Shown here: positions 33,066 through 42,390 of the stretch, piece after piece
Numbering within the stretch: position 1 is the first letter of the stretch
Layout of the letters: every line of letters starts with the position of its first letter
NCBI GenBank assembly: GCA_963750165.1
Contig: CAVVPN010000003.1
Location: forward strand, 2,848,001 to 2,912,000
From: an uncultured Gemmataceae bacterium
GTDB lineage: Bacteria > Planctomycetota > Planctomycetia > Gemmatales > Gemmataceae
DNA length: 64,000 nt
Reading direction: 5' to 3'
Program-made: the position numbers and the translations under genes
The notes under the pieces: generated by a model
The model's input: the letters and a program-made list of their open reading frames with translations, nothing else
What the model was told of the DNA's origin: nothing
The model's database searches: none

Positions 33066-33631
33066 TCATTCCCCCGCGCGCAGGTGTTGCCGGAGTTGTT
33101 TGAGGCCGCGCCGCAGCAGCGACGCGACGGCGGCGCGGCTGCGGTCGAGGTGCTTGGCGATGTCGTTGAGCGACCAACCCTCGCAGTGCCGCAGCAGTAG
33201 CACCTCACGCTGGTCGTCGGGCAGGGCGCCCAGCTTTTCGGCCAGCTGCATGACCTGTTCGTTGCGCTGGGCCAGTTCGCTGGGCGACTCCTGCTCGGCA
33301 ACCAACCACGCCTCCAGCCGGGCGGACGACTCCTGCAACGACGCCTCCAGGGAGCGCTCGAGGTTGATGTCGCGTTTGCCGCGGCTGAGGTCGCGGACGG
33401 CGTTGGCCATCGTGTTGGCCAGAATCTGCCGCAGCCAGGCCGCCTGCTCGCCGGCGCTGTGGCCGCGGAACTGGCCGCTGGCCTGATGGTGCGCAAAAGC
33501 GTCTGCTGCACCAGGTCGGATGGGTCCAGCTTGCTCTGGAGCTTGACGCTGATCTGCAGCCGCGCCAGCAGACGCAGGTAATCGCGGTAACGCTCCAGCG
33601 GCGCTACCGGGCCATTATCCAGGGAGGCCAT
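33066..33631 (-). CDS. ECF sigma factor (planctomycete type), frameshift near 33490
   Basis: LERYRDYLRLLARLQ; DPSDLVQQT; WLRQILA; LPDDQREVLLLRH; SLLRRGLKQLR; ends 3 nt before the kinase start. Confidence 0.88.
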
Positions 33632-33750
33632 GCGGTTGCTCCTGAGGGTAGAGACACCCCGGGCGGACAATTAAACCACGGCGCCACCCTGGCCGGCAGC
33701 AGGTGGGCGGTGTTCGTGGGTTTAGAGCGGTTCGCGTTTGGGTAGCGCAC

Positions 33751-33820
33751 AAGTCGTGGGACGGCTCTCCAGAGCCGTCAGCGTTCTCCCGACGGCTCTG
33801 GAGAGCCGTCCCACGACTTG
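33751..33820. repeat. REP-like doublet (same family at 36391-36458 and 52575-52599)
   Basis: CGTGGGACGGCTCTCCAGAGCCGTC / GACGGCTCTGGAGAGCCGTCCCACG. Confidence 0.85.
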
Positions 33821-33973
33821 TAGTCCACGCGACTGGGAACCGCTCTAGTATACCCGACGACTTCGCAAAGGTAAAACGTGGAAGGTGGGGAAGTGTTGCG
33901 GCGGCGGGTGTCCTTTTCTTCTTCCGTGGGGCAGGCTTTCCAGCCTGCCCCACGAAAGAAGCGGCCGATACGG

Positions 33974-34714
33974 TTACGGCATCTCCTTGACCTGGATGTG
34001 GCGGAATTCGAACTTGCCCGTCTCGGCCTGCAAACCGATGCCGCCCTTGGTGCCGGCGTTCATCGCCTTGTCCATGATCTCGCCGTTGCACAGGCACTTC
34101 GCGACGGCGCCGACGCTGATCTTCAGGTCGGTGACCGCCACGTCCTTGCCGTTGAGCCTGGCCGCGGGTTTGCCGTCCTTGACGGTCAGTTCGAGCAGGT
34201 CACCGGCACCGACCATCTTGTTGTTGACGGTGGTCTTGACGACGCCGTTCTTGACGGTGATGTCCAGTTCGTTCCAGTCGTCGTTCTTGAACTTCTTGAG
34301 GTGTTTCATCTCGTTGCGGCGGATGAAGTCGCGCACCTGCAACTGCGGCCCGCGGAGGTAAACGCCGCTGTCCGCCTTCGGGGCGGCGCGGAACTCCAAC
34401 TTGAGATGGAATTCCTTGTTGTAGTCCTTGACGGTGTACAGATCCTTGATGCCGCCCTTGCCGTCCCTGTCCTTCGCGTTGGCGACGATGATGCCGTCCT
34501 TGACCTCGAAGCGTTTGTCATACGTTTCCAGCTTGCCGGTGAGATCCTTTTCCTTGTAGTACCGCCAGCCGGTGAGATCCTTGCCGTTGAACAGCGAGGT
34601 GTAGCCCGGTTCGGGCTTCCAGGTGTCCTGCGCCGTGGGCGTGGTGCCGGCCGTGGCGCCGCAGGCGACCACCAGCGCCGCCGCCAGGACGCCGTGCAAC
34701 CAACTCTGCTTCAT
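33974..34714 (-). CDS. DUF1080 (3-keto-disaccharide hydrolase family) protein
   Basis: LFNGKDLTGW; ADSGVYLRG; WNELDI; GGIGLQAE; FRHIQVKE. Confidence 0.9.
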   Translation of the reverse strand: MKQSWLHGVLAAALVVACGATAGTTPTAQDTWKPEPGYTSLFNGKDLTGWRYYKEKDLTGKLETYDKRFEVKDGIIVANAKDRDGKGGIKDLYTVKDYNKEFHLKLEFRAAPKADSGVYLRGPQLQVRDFIRRNEMKHLKKFKNDDWNELDITVKNGVVKTTVNNKMVGAGDLLELTVKDGKPAARLNGKDVAVTDLKISVGAVAKCLCNGEIMDKAMNAGTKGGIGLQAETGKFEFRHIQVKEMP

Positions 34715-34804
34715 GGAAGTGCTCCTGTGATTTAGAGGTCTCGGCCCCAGCTGACCCCGATTACATTTCGCGCGGACTGCGACGCGCGTGAAACGTAAAC
34801 GAGG

Positions 34805-35512
34805 TCAGCGAGGGGGAACAATCCTGGATTCCGGCAGTTCCTTGAGGTAAATGTTCTTGAACCACAACTCGTCGCCGTGATGCTGCAACTCAATCGGTCC
34901 GCTCGCCGGCAGCGGCTGGCCGCGCTCCCAGTAGTTCTCCAGCGGCGTGTCGTTGACCACCTTCTTGCCGTTGAGGAACACGGTCACCCTGTCGCCCTTC
35001 ATGATGATGTGGAAGGTGTTCCACTGACCGGGCGGTCGGTCGGCGACCAGCAGCGGCTTGCGCGGGTTCTTCTGGTTGTTGTACAGGCCGCCGGAGCCCT
35101 CCGGGTTGTCCCAGATTTGCACCTGCGGATGGCCGCGCAGGTAAATGCCGCTGTCGCCCTTCTTGCCGATCTTCCAGTCCACGTACAACTCGAAGTTGCC
35201 GTAATCCTTCGCCGTTTGCAGGTTGTTGTTCTTGCCGTCGTAGTGGATGACGCCATCCTTGACGGTCCAGTGTTGCAGCGCCTTGGGGGTGGCCTTGGCG
35301 ACTGCCGCTTTGTACTGCTCCGGCGTCATTTTCTTGCGCTGCTTCACGTCCACCAGGCCCTGCCAGCCGGTGAGGTCCTTGCCGTTGAACAGGGCGGTGA
35401 AGCCTGGCGGAGGCGTGTTGTCGCGGGGCGGTTGCTTGTCCTGGGCGGGCACGTCCACTGCCAGCAGCAGCCCAACCAGGGCCACGGCCGGCAGGGCCAG
35501 CGCGGTTCGCAT
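34805..35512 (-). CDS. DUF1080 family protein (tandem paralog)
   Basis: LFNGKDLTGW; GDSGIYLRG; GQWNTF; GPIELQHHG; FKNIYLKE. Confidence 0.9.
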   Translation of the reverse strand: MRTALALPAVALVGLLLAVDVPAQDKQPPRDNTPPPGFTALFNGKDLTGWQGLVDVKQRKKMTPEQYKAAVAKATPKALQHWTVKDGVIHYDGKNNNLQTAKDYGNFELYVDWKIGKKGDSGIYLRGHPQVQIWDNPEGSGGLYNNQKNPRKPLLVADRPPGQWNTFHIIMKGDRVTVFLNGKKVVNDTPLENYWERGQPLPASGPIELQHHGDELWFKNIYLKELPESRIVPPR

Positions 35513-35651
35513 ACGGTTGCTCCTTCGCTCCAGAGGGGTCACGGTCAACGTCCCGCACGAGGACGTTTCATTGCGGTGGGAAACCGGCGGGCTGTCGGTA
35601 GGTTTTCCAGAAGTGTACCGCGGCGGCGCGGGCGATACAAAGGATTTCCGG

Positions 35652-36200
35652 TCAAGCTTTCTTCTCAATCAGCGACTGCGACTTGACGACCGTGTGCTCC
35701 TCGGGGAAAGTGTGGAAGGCGGACAGGAACAGGCAGCCAGCCCGGGACTCGACGGCCACCAGGCCGAGCGGCGCCAGGGCCAGACGGTGGTGCGGTTGAA
35801 AGTGGTGCAGCAGGCCGCGCTTGTCGCCGTCGGCCAGAATCTCTTCGTGGACGTGAGCGAAAATCTCCGGCGGTAGCACCTCGACCTGGAAAGTGGTCTG
35901 ATAGTGGACGCCATGAGCGCAGGCGAGGGTGCCGCTGTGCTCGCCGCGCAGCCGATAGCTGAGCAGGCGTCGGCCCTGGGGCAGTTCCTGCTCCACGGCG
36001 GCGGCGACCTCGGTCAGGCAAACGTCGCGGTTGTGCCAGTGGACGGCGTGGCCGGTGCGCGTGATACGCACGGTCAACTCCCAGTCGTCACGCCGGACGG
36101 TGCGGCTGGCCAGGATGTCAAACAACTCGGGGTGCAACGGTTTTCCGTAGAGCTGGAAAACCAGGTCCGCCACCCGCGGTCGTACCAGGTAAACGCCCAT
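35652..36200 (-). CDS. DUF2617-like hypothetical protein
   Basis: LHPELF...GHAV...FHTFPEE...VKSQSL. Confidence 0.7.
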   Translation of the reverse strand: MGVYLVRPRVADLVFQLYGKPLHPELFDILASRTVRRDDWELTVRITRTGHAVHWHNRDVCLTEVAAAVEQELPQGRRLLSYRLRGEHSGTLACAHGVHYQTTFQVEVLPPEIFAHVHEEILADGDKRGLLHHFQPHHRLALAPLGLVAVESRAGCLFLSAFHTFPEEHTVVKSQSLIEKKA

Positions 36201-36521
36201 GACACTTCCAGCTACGGTCCTCCCTCGGAATCGACTCGCCCTCACCGCGGGATTATAGCAAGCCCCGGTGCGGCCACAATGCGTCTTCTGCTGAGGAAAT
36301 TGCCTGATCTGCCAGGCCGCTGTCACAATCCGATCCCGCGGAACTGCAAACCGGCGCCACGCGGTCGTTTCCCGTCCGGTAAGGAGGCGCCGAACAACAA
36401 CTTCCAAGAGTAGGACGGCTCTGGAGAGCCGTCCTACGAAGTTGTTGTTCGGCGCCTCCTAAGAAGCAAAAACGACCTCGGCGCAGAGGGCTCACGCCCT
36501 CCGCGCCGAGGTCACTTTCGG

Positions 36522-37127
36522 TTAGACGCAGGCCAGCTCCCGCTCACGGGGCCGGTCCTGGGTCTTGCGGCCGCGCGGGCCGTCGCCGGGCTGGGCCGTC
36601 TCCAGCTGCTGCCGCAGCCGGTTCCGGGCCACGTGCAGCCGCCGCTTGATGGTGCCAACCGGCGTCTCGAACTGCTGGCTCATCTCCAGGAGCGACTGAC
36701 CCTGGATGTAGAAGGCCACCAGCGTTTCCCGGTCGATGGCCTTCAGCCGCTTCAGGCCGACCCACAGCTCGGCGTTCTGCTCGGCCCGAACCAGCTCATC
36801 CAGCGGCGTGGCGCCCTGGGCGGCCGTGTTCTGCAGGACCTCCGGCTCGGTGCCCTGCAACGGCAACCGCCGCGTCACCCGGTTGATGGCCATGCGCACC
36901 GTGATCTGGCACAGCCAGCCGATGAAGCACTTCAGGTCGCGCAGCTGGCCGAGCTTCGTCCAGGCGTGGATGAACACCTCCTGGGCCAGCTCCTGGGCCT
37001 CCAGCGGGTTGCGCAGCCGGGCCAGCGCCTTGGCGTAGACGATGGGCTGGCAGCGCTGCACCAGCTCGCCGTAGGCCGCCCGGTCACCCCGCTGGGCCGA
37101 CTCCACCAACGTGTAAATCTCGTCCAT
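36522..37127 (-). CDS. ECF sigma factor
   Basis: AQRGDRAAYGELV; AQELAQEVFI; FIGWL; PVGTIKRRLHVARNRLR. Confidence 0.9.
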   Translation of the reverse strand: MDEIYTLVESAQRGDRAAYGELVQRCQPIVYAKALARLRNPLEAQELAQEVFIHAWTKLGQLRDLKCFIGWLCQITVRMAINRVTRRLPLQGTEPEVLQNTAAQGATPLDELVRAEQNAELWVGLKRLKAIDRETLVAFYIQGQSLLEMSQQFETPVGTIKRRLHVARNRLRQQLETAQPGDGPRGRKTQDRPRERELACV

Positions 37128-37526
37128 AATGATGGCGCACCTGTCCCGATCCCTGTTTCGGTTGTGGCACCGCGGCAGAACGGCTGGCCCCCGCCCCGGA
37201 TCAACGGCGGGAACACGCCACACCCAGTCTGCACACGCAGGCCGGGGGGCAGCGACCGTTCGCGGTGGTTGTGACGGCACGACACGCGACCTTGCAGCAC
37301 CCTTTTCGTGGTGAAGGTGGGCCGCCTGCACTACGAAAGTGCGGCAGCGCACGACGGCACGGGGTCACGCAGGGGTCAATGGTCCGCGTTGAGTAACACC
37401 AGGAATTTCACTGGTTGAGCGTGTGCGGCGACAGAAACGTGTCACCAATTCACTGGCAGACTGGGCATCTGCCGGGCGTCGGAATGTGGGTACTAGTTTC
37501 TGCGCATCACATGCTCTTTCCTCGGG

Positions 37527-38039
37527 TCAATAGGTGGTAAAGTTCCCGTAATACGGCAGCCGCAACTGCGGTTGCCACACCGGCGGGATGCGATTTTTGA
37601 CCCCCGATGAGCGCGGCGAGCAGATGAGGCTGCCGCGTACCGAGGGCCGGCGCATCCCGGCCAGGGAACCCGAAGGCTGGTCTGTGGTTAGCGACGCTAA
37701 CGCACGGGACTGGCCCTGGACCAACTGCCGTCCGGAGAGGACGGCCCGCCTGGCGGTTCTCGCGAGGCGGCGACTGTCGAGGACACCAGTGGAGCTTCCG
37801 GGCCGACCGGCCCGATGCGCAGGGCGCTTCCCGCCTGGCGTGCAGGCGGTGGTGCCCCGCGTACCGGCATCGATGTCGGCTTGCGGGTCGCTCGGGAACA
37901 GGTGTCGTGCGAAGGACAGGGAGAGCACCTGAGGTTCCTGGACGGCCAGATTGGAACCGATGCACTCCACGACCATCCGCACGTCATGGTTGACGCGGAC
38001 GCCACGCAGCACCAGGGATTCCAGATTCTTCACGGCCAT
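37527..38039 (-). CDS. possible hypothetical protein upstream of the ECF gene
   Basis: GGAGG RBS (38046-38050) before ATG 38039; no recognisable domain. Confidence 0.35.
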   Translation of the reverse strand: MAVKNLESLVLRGVRVNHDVRMVVECIGSNLAVQEPQVLSLSFARHLFPSDPQADIDAGTRGTTACTPGGKRPAHRAGRPGSSTGVLDSRRLARTARRAVLSGRQLVQGQSRALASLTTDQPSGSLAGMRRPSVRGSLICSPRSSGVKNRIPPVWQPQLRLPYYGNFTTY

Positions 38040-38488
38040 GGGAGACCTCCGGCGATCAAAGGGGTTGACCCGATGGGTCAACGAGGGTTGAAAAAAGGGC
38101 GTCGGATGTATGGGCGACTTTCGTTGTTTGGGGGCGAACCGATTCTGCAAAACCATCTAACAAGTACATCGTCCGCCCGCGCTCTTGCTTGCGCGAGTTT
38201 TGGGCTTTTTTTGGTTTTGGTGGCCTGAAAGATGATTTTGGGTTGACGATATACTTACAGATCGTTCGACCTGATGAAAGGTTCGCGCAAAATACCAAAA
38301 ATCTTTTTGAGAGTCAAGCAAGTCACATGCCGGAGCCGGACGGCGGCCGAATGCTGCGACACAAGTCGTATATTCGCAAGGAGAAGAGAAAAATCACCTG
38401 GCGGCAAGCGCGGCGGTTGGGGAGCGCCGGAAAAAGGTGTCGCGTTTTGCCACGCCGTGCCAGGGCGAGTGCAGCATTTTGCCCGGCG

Positions 38489-39163
38489 TTACTGCTTGTG
38501 AAACATTTGCAGCAGGTGCTCGACCTGTCTGCGGACCTCGGGCGTTTCCTTGTAGATGGGGGCCGGCGGCAGGCGGACCTTCTCATTGACCCGAGGCGTG
38601 TCGTAGCCGGGCGAGCGCGGCACCGGCGTCACGATGTAGACGGGGTTGGTCGCGCCGCGCCGCGCCGTCAGCGCCAGGACGTATCGGCCCGGCCCTTCCC
38701 AGCCGTATTCCTTATCGCACAACCGCAGGTTGCGCACGGTCAGGGTCTCGCCTTCCAGGTTGGCCCGGTCCTTCGGCCACAGCACTTCCTTGACGACGAC
38801 TTCTTCAAACGGCCCGTCGCCGACCACCTCCACGGGAACGCTGATGACCTTCCCGGGCACGGTTTCGAGGCGGGCATACTGCCCTGGCAGGGTCCACGCC
38901 TCGGAGCCGGGGATGCCGAGCAGCGGCACGGGCAGCAGGGCGGGCAGTTTCACCTGTCGCGGCGGCGGTTTGTGGCTGCCGTCCTGCAGTTCGGCGACGA
39001 CAACGAGGTTCGCGACCAGGAGTTGCGGACGTGAGACGACGATGGCTTTCTTGCCCGAGGTGAGCTGCTCGCGCAACACCGGGTACGCCAGCGCCATCAG
39101 GCAGCCCATCCAGGCCACGAACACGATGGCCGCCACCGTCAGCCGTGCCCTGCCCCTGCTCAT
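38489..39163 (-). CDS. hypothetical membrane-anchored protein
   Basis: N-terminal TM helix; directly follows the upstream stop. Confidence 0.7.
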   Translation of the reverse strand: MSRGRARLTVAAIVFVAWMGCLMALAYPVLREQLTSGKKAIVVSRPQLLVANLVVVAELQDGSHKPPPRQVKLPALLPVPLLGIPGSEAWTLPGQYARLETVPGKVISVPVEVVGDGPFEEVVVKEVLWPKDRANLEGETLTVRNLRLCDKEYGWEGPGRYVLALTARRGATNPVYIVTPVPRSPGYDTPRVNEKVRLPPAPIYKETPEVRRQVEHLLQMFHKQ

Positions 39164-39164
39164 G

Positions 39165-39575
39165 TTATTTCACCTCGTCCAGCTCGATGCGGTAGCCGTG
39201 CAGGAGGGCCTCGTCGAGGTCGAAGAGATTGTGAAAGTCATCACGAGTGTCCTCATCGGTCTTGCTCATCAGCCCGACTTCCACGAGGTTGAAGACCAGT
39301 TCGCCCACGTCGTCGGTGCGCTGGATGCCCCAGAGGCGGAAGACCGTCCGCGCCATGCGGCCGAAGTCGCGCAGGGCCAGGTCGCGCATGCCAGCCAGCA
39401 GTTCCGGGCCGCTGACGTGTTGCTCCGCGGTCACCTGACGGCGACCTGCCGCCGGCTCGCGCCCCAGCAGTTTCTGCGTGTGCTGCAGCGCGTGGAACAG
39501 GAACTCATAGGCCTCATAGGCGTAGCGCCCGTCGCGACGAACGACCTCGGCCAGACCGGGGTGGTACATGCTCAT
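39165..39575 (-). CDS. Minf_1886-like (Verrucomicrobia/Planctomycetes-restricted) protein
   Basis: RYAYEAYEFL; HVSGPELL; WGIQRTDDVGELVFNLV; DDFHNLFD. Confidence 0.8.
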   Translation of the reverse strand: MSMYHPGLAEVVRRDGRYAYEAYEFLFHALQHTQKLLGREPAAGRRQVTAEQHVSGPELLAGMRDLALRDFGRMARTVFRLWGIQRTDDVGELVFNLVEVGLMSKTDEDTRDDFHNLFDLDEALLHGYRIELDEVK

Positions 39576-39656
39576 GCCTTCGATAACCCTCAACTCTTTA
39601 TTCTTCGTTCGTAGTACCGCCTTCAGGCGGAAGCCGACCATCAGATTCCGCCTGAA

Positions 39657-39825
39657 GAGAGCGTCCAGCTTTCAAGTGTTGGTAATTAAGGAGTTACGGC
39701 GATCCAGGTGGCCCAAAATGGGGGTGGAGGGGGTCCGGGAATACCTGAACAAAAAAGCCTCTTCCGAGACGTAACCCTCTTGCCGTAAACCCTTTCCCTG
39801 CACCACTTATAAGCTGGACGCTCTC
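39657..39825. mobile_element. MITE (~169 bp) with terminal inverted repeats, inserted in a REP
   Basis: GAGAGCGTCCAGCTT ... AAGCTGGACGCTCTC flanked by a TGAA direct repeat. Confidence 0.75.
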
Positions 39826-39851
39826 TGAAGGCGGTACTACGAACCAAGACA

Positions 39852-40661
39852 TCATCCCAGGCGCGTCAAGATCTCGTCGGCCGCCACCGGCAGCCGGCGA
39901 CCGTCTTCAAACTCCACCAGCAGCTTGCGGGCGAGGATCTCCTGCGCGATCACACGCCCCTGGCCCTTGGCCGTGACGACGCGCGACCCCGGCGGCGGCA
40001 GCGCCTGCTGAAACTCCTCGTACACGTCCTGCTCGAAGCGCAGACAGCACTTGAGCCGACCGCAGCGGCCGGAAATCTTCGACGGATCGAGCGTCGATTT
40101 TTGCAGCTTGGCCATGCGCATCGACACCGGCGGCATCACGGCCATGTGCGTGTTGCAGCACACCGGCTTGCCACAATCGCCGAAGTCCGCCAGCAACTTG
40201 GCCTCGTCGCGCACGCCGATCTGCCGCATTTCGATGCGCGTGCGGTACTCACGCGCCAGGTCCTTGACCAGTTCGCGGAAATCGACACGCTTCTCCGCCA
40301 AAAAATAGAACACGATCCGCTCGCCGCCGAACAGGTGCTCCACGTCCACCAATTCCATCTGCAACCGGCGCGTCTCGATGTAGCGGTTGCAGGTGTGGAA
40401 CTCCTCCAGTTCGGCCTGGCGCAGACGGGCGGCCTGTTCGTGATCGTCGGCGGTGAAGGGCCGCACCAGTTCGCCGTGGGTGGGCTCGCTGAGCAGTTGC
40501 ACGGCGCGCGCCGTGGCTTCGCAGAGTACCTCGGCCGCCTCCAGGCCGCGCTCGGTGCGCACGACGACGTGCTGGCCGCGGACGAACGGGAGGTCGGCCG
40601 GAGCCTGGAACTCGCCCAGGAAACGCATGGCGCCGTGTCGCGCGATGTAACTGCCCGGCAT
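39852..40661 (-). CDS. PSP1/RicT (YaaT) family protein
   Basis: RVDFRELVKDL; RIEMRQIGVRDEAK; CGKPVCC; KISGRCGRLKCCL. Confidence 0.9.
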   Translation of the reverse strand: MPGSYIARHGAMRFLGEFQAPADLPFVRGQHVVVRTERGLEAAEVLCEATARAVQLLSEPTHGELVRPFTADDHEQAARLRQAELEEFHTCNRYIETRRLQMELVDVEHLFGGERIVFYFLAEKRVDFRELVKDLAREYRTRIEMRQIGVRDEAKLLADFGDCGKPVCCNTHMAVMPPVSMRMAKLQKSTLDPSKISGRCGRLKCCLRFEQDVYEEFQQALPPPGSRVVTAKGQGRVIAQEILARKLLVEFEDGRRLPVAADEILTRLG

Positions 40662-41028
40662 GGGGTTGGTCCTTGGTACGGAACCCCGGAGGTCGCTGGA
40701 CGGCCCCCATTGTAAAGCACTGGCTCACAAAGGAAAGAGCATTGTCGGGCTTGGCGGTCCTGGTGGCGGTGGGAGAGTCGAGCGATTGGCGGGGTTGGCA
40801 CCGGTGAAGGACATAGGCCGCAACTGCTTACCTCCAAAGCATAGCTCGATCACCTGCGCCTGTAAAGCCGGAAATCCTGGAAAAATCGGGAAGGTTCCCT
40901 ATGCCGTCGGCGATACCTGGCGCCGGGGACGTTTCTGCCGTCCGGCGAGAAATTCTTGACCTAGACTTGCAAGGGATTGTGTCGGCCGATCGTTGCCGGA
41001 GAATCCTCCCCAATTCAGCCAGGTGGAG

Positions 41029-42390
41029 ATGACCGTGCGCAAACTGCTTGTGGCAAGCCAGAAGGGCGGCGTTGGGAAAACGACCACGGCGATCAACCTC
41101 GCGACGGCGACGGCGCGATCGGGGGAACGGGTGTTGCTGGTGGACGCCGACCCGCTGGGCAACGTCGGCAGCGCCCTGAACCTGGCGGCCCACGGCCAGC
41201 GCCGGCCGCTGCGCGAGATCGGCTTCGACAACGGCGCCCTGTACGGCGACGTGGCGCCCGACCTCGACGTGCTGGCGCCCGCCCAGGAGGGCGGTTTCGC
41301 GCCGGAGGACGTGGAGCAGGTGCTGCGGTTGCTGGACACGGAGGAGTTCCGGGACCGTTACCGCTGCGTCATCGTCCACGCGCCGCCGATCATGGGGTTG
41401 CGGCCGCGGGCGCTGCTGCAGGGCTGTGACGAGTTCCTGTTCGTGATGCGGGCGGAGCCGATGGTGTTCCGCACACTGCCGCTGTTCCAGGAAACGATCA
41501 AGGCCATCCAGCGCGAGGGCGGCCCGGTGTTCCGCGGCGTGGTGGTGACGCAACCGGCCTCGGAGCGCTGGGAGACGGACCTGCGCCGCTTTCTCGGCGA
41601 CAAGGCGTTGCCGACGACCATTCCGGTCGATGGGGCGGTGGAGGAGGCGGCGATGATCTACCAGGTGGTGACGCTGGCCAACCCGGACGCGCCTGCGGCG
41701 CAGGCCTACTTCCACCTGGCCGGCAACCTGGGCCTGGCGACGGGCGCGGGCTATGCCGAACCGCACCCGCTCCCGAAGCGCGCGGTCGAAAAGATTGCGG
41801 CCGTCGCGCCTGCCCGCCCTGTGCTGGCGGCGGCTGCCGTGGCCGCCGCACCCGCTGCGCCGCCGGCAGCGCGCCGGAGCCGGCCGGAGCCGGCACCGCG
41901 CCCGACCGCGCCGCGCCGCCCGGCGCCACGTCCGGTCCGTCCCGAGGCCGCACCCCGCCCGACGCCGACGCCCGTCGAGACGCCGCGACCGAAGACCGTG
42001 GCGAAAGCCCCCGCCCCGCCCGAGGGCGGCCTGATCCGTCCCTGGCAGCTGGCCGTGGGCGCCGCGCTGCTGTTCGGGGCGGTGCTCGGCACGCTACGCG
42101 CCGCGACGACGCTGCTGCCGATGGTAGTGGGCATCGGCACTGCGGCCGTGGTGCTCGTGGCGGTGCTCCAGATGAAGCAGAACACCGTCGCGCAACCGAC
42201 GAGGAATTCACCACCGAGAACGCAGCGCGGCAGAGAGAAGACAAAGAATGATGAATTAAACACTCTTTGGCTTTTCTCTGCGCGCTGCGTTCTCGGTGGT
42301 GAATTCCTTTTGCAACTCATCCGCGGCGGAGTGCCCGGCCCGGCAGTGCCGCGGTGCGCCGGCCGTCCTCCAGCACTGGCACCCCGTTGA
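41029..42390 (+). CDS. ParA/MinD family ATPase with Pro-rich linker and two TM helices
   Basis: SQKGGVGKTT; VLLVDADPLGN; the 3' end runs through a REP and is uncertain. Confidence 0.8.
   Translation: MTVRKLLVASQKGGVGKTTTAINLATATARSGERVLLVDADPLGNVGSALNLAAHGQRRPLREIGFDNGALYGDVAPDLDVLAPAQEGGFAPEDVEQVLRLLDTEEFRDRYRCVIVHAPPIMGLRPRALLQGCDEFLFVMRAEPMVFRTLPLFQETIKAIQREGGPVFRGVVVTQPASERWETDLRRFLGDKALPTTIPVDGAVEEAAMIYQVVTLANPDAPAAQAYFHLAGNLGLATGAGYAEPHPLPKRAVEKIAAVAPARPVLAAAAVAAAPAAPPAARRSRPEPAPRPTAPRRPAPRPVRPEAAPRPTPTPVETPRPKTVAKAPAPPEGGLIRPWQLAVGAALLFGAVLGTLRAATTLLPMVVGIGTAAVVLVAVLQMKQNTVAQPTRNSPPRTQRGREKTKNDELNTLWLFSARCVLGGEFLLQLIRGGVPGPAVPRCAGRPPALAPR

Noticed and set aside
929..33631. Frameshifts in ptsI, the RdgC-like gene, HEAT, AKR, esterase, ArnT, dihydroorotase and ECF read as mass pseudogenisation or programmed frameshifting
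   Set aside because: They are isolated indels in otherwise intact genes, with no in-frame stops and no shared slippery motif that I could see. Long-read consensus error is the simpler explanation; raw reads would settle it.
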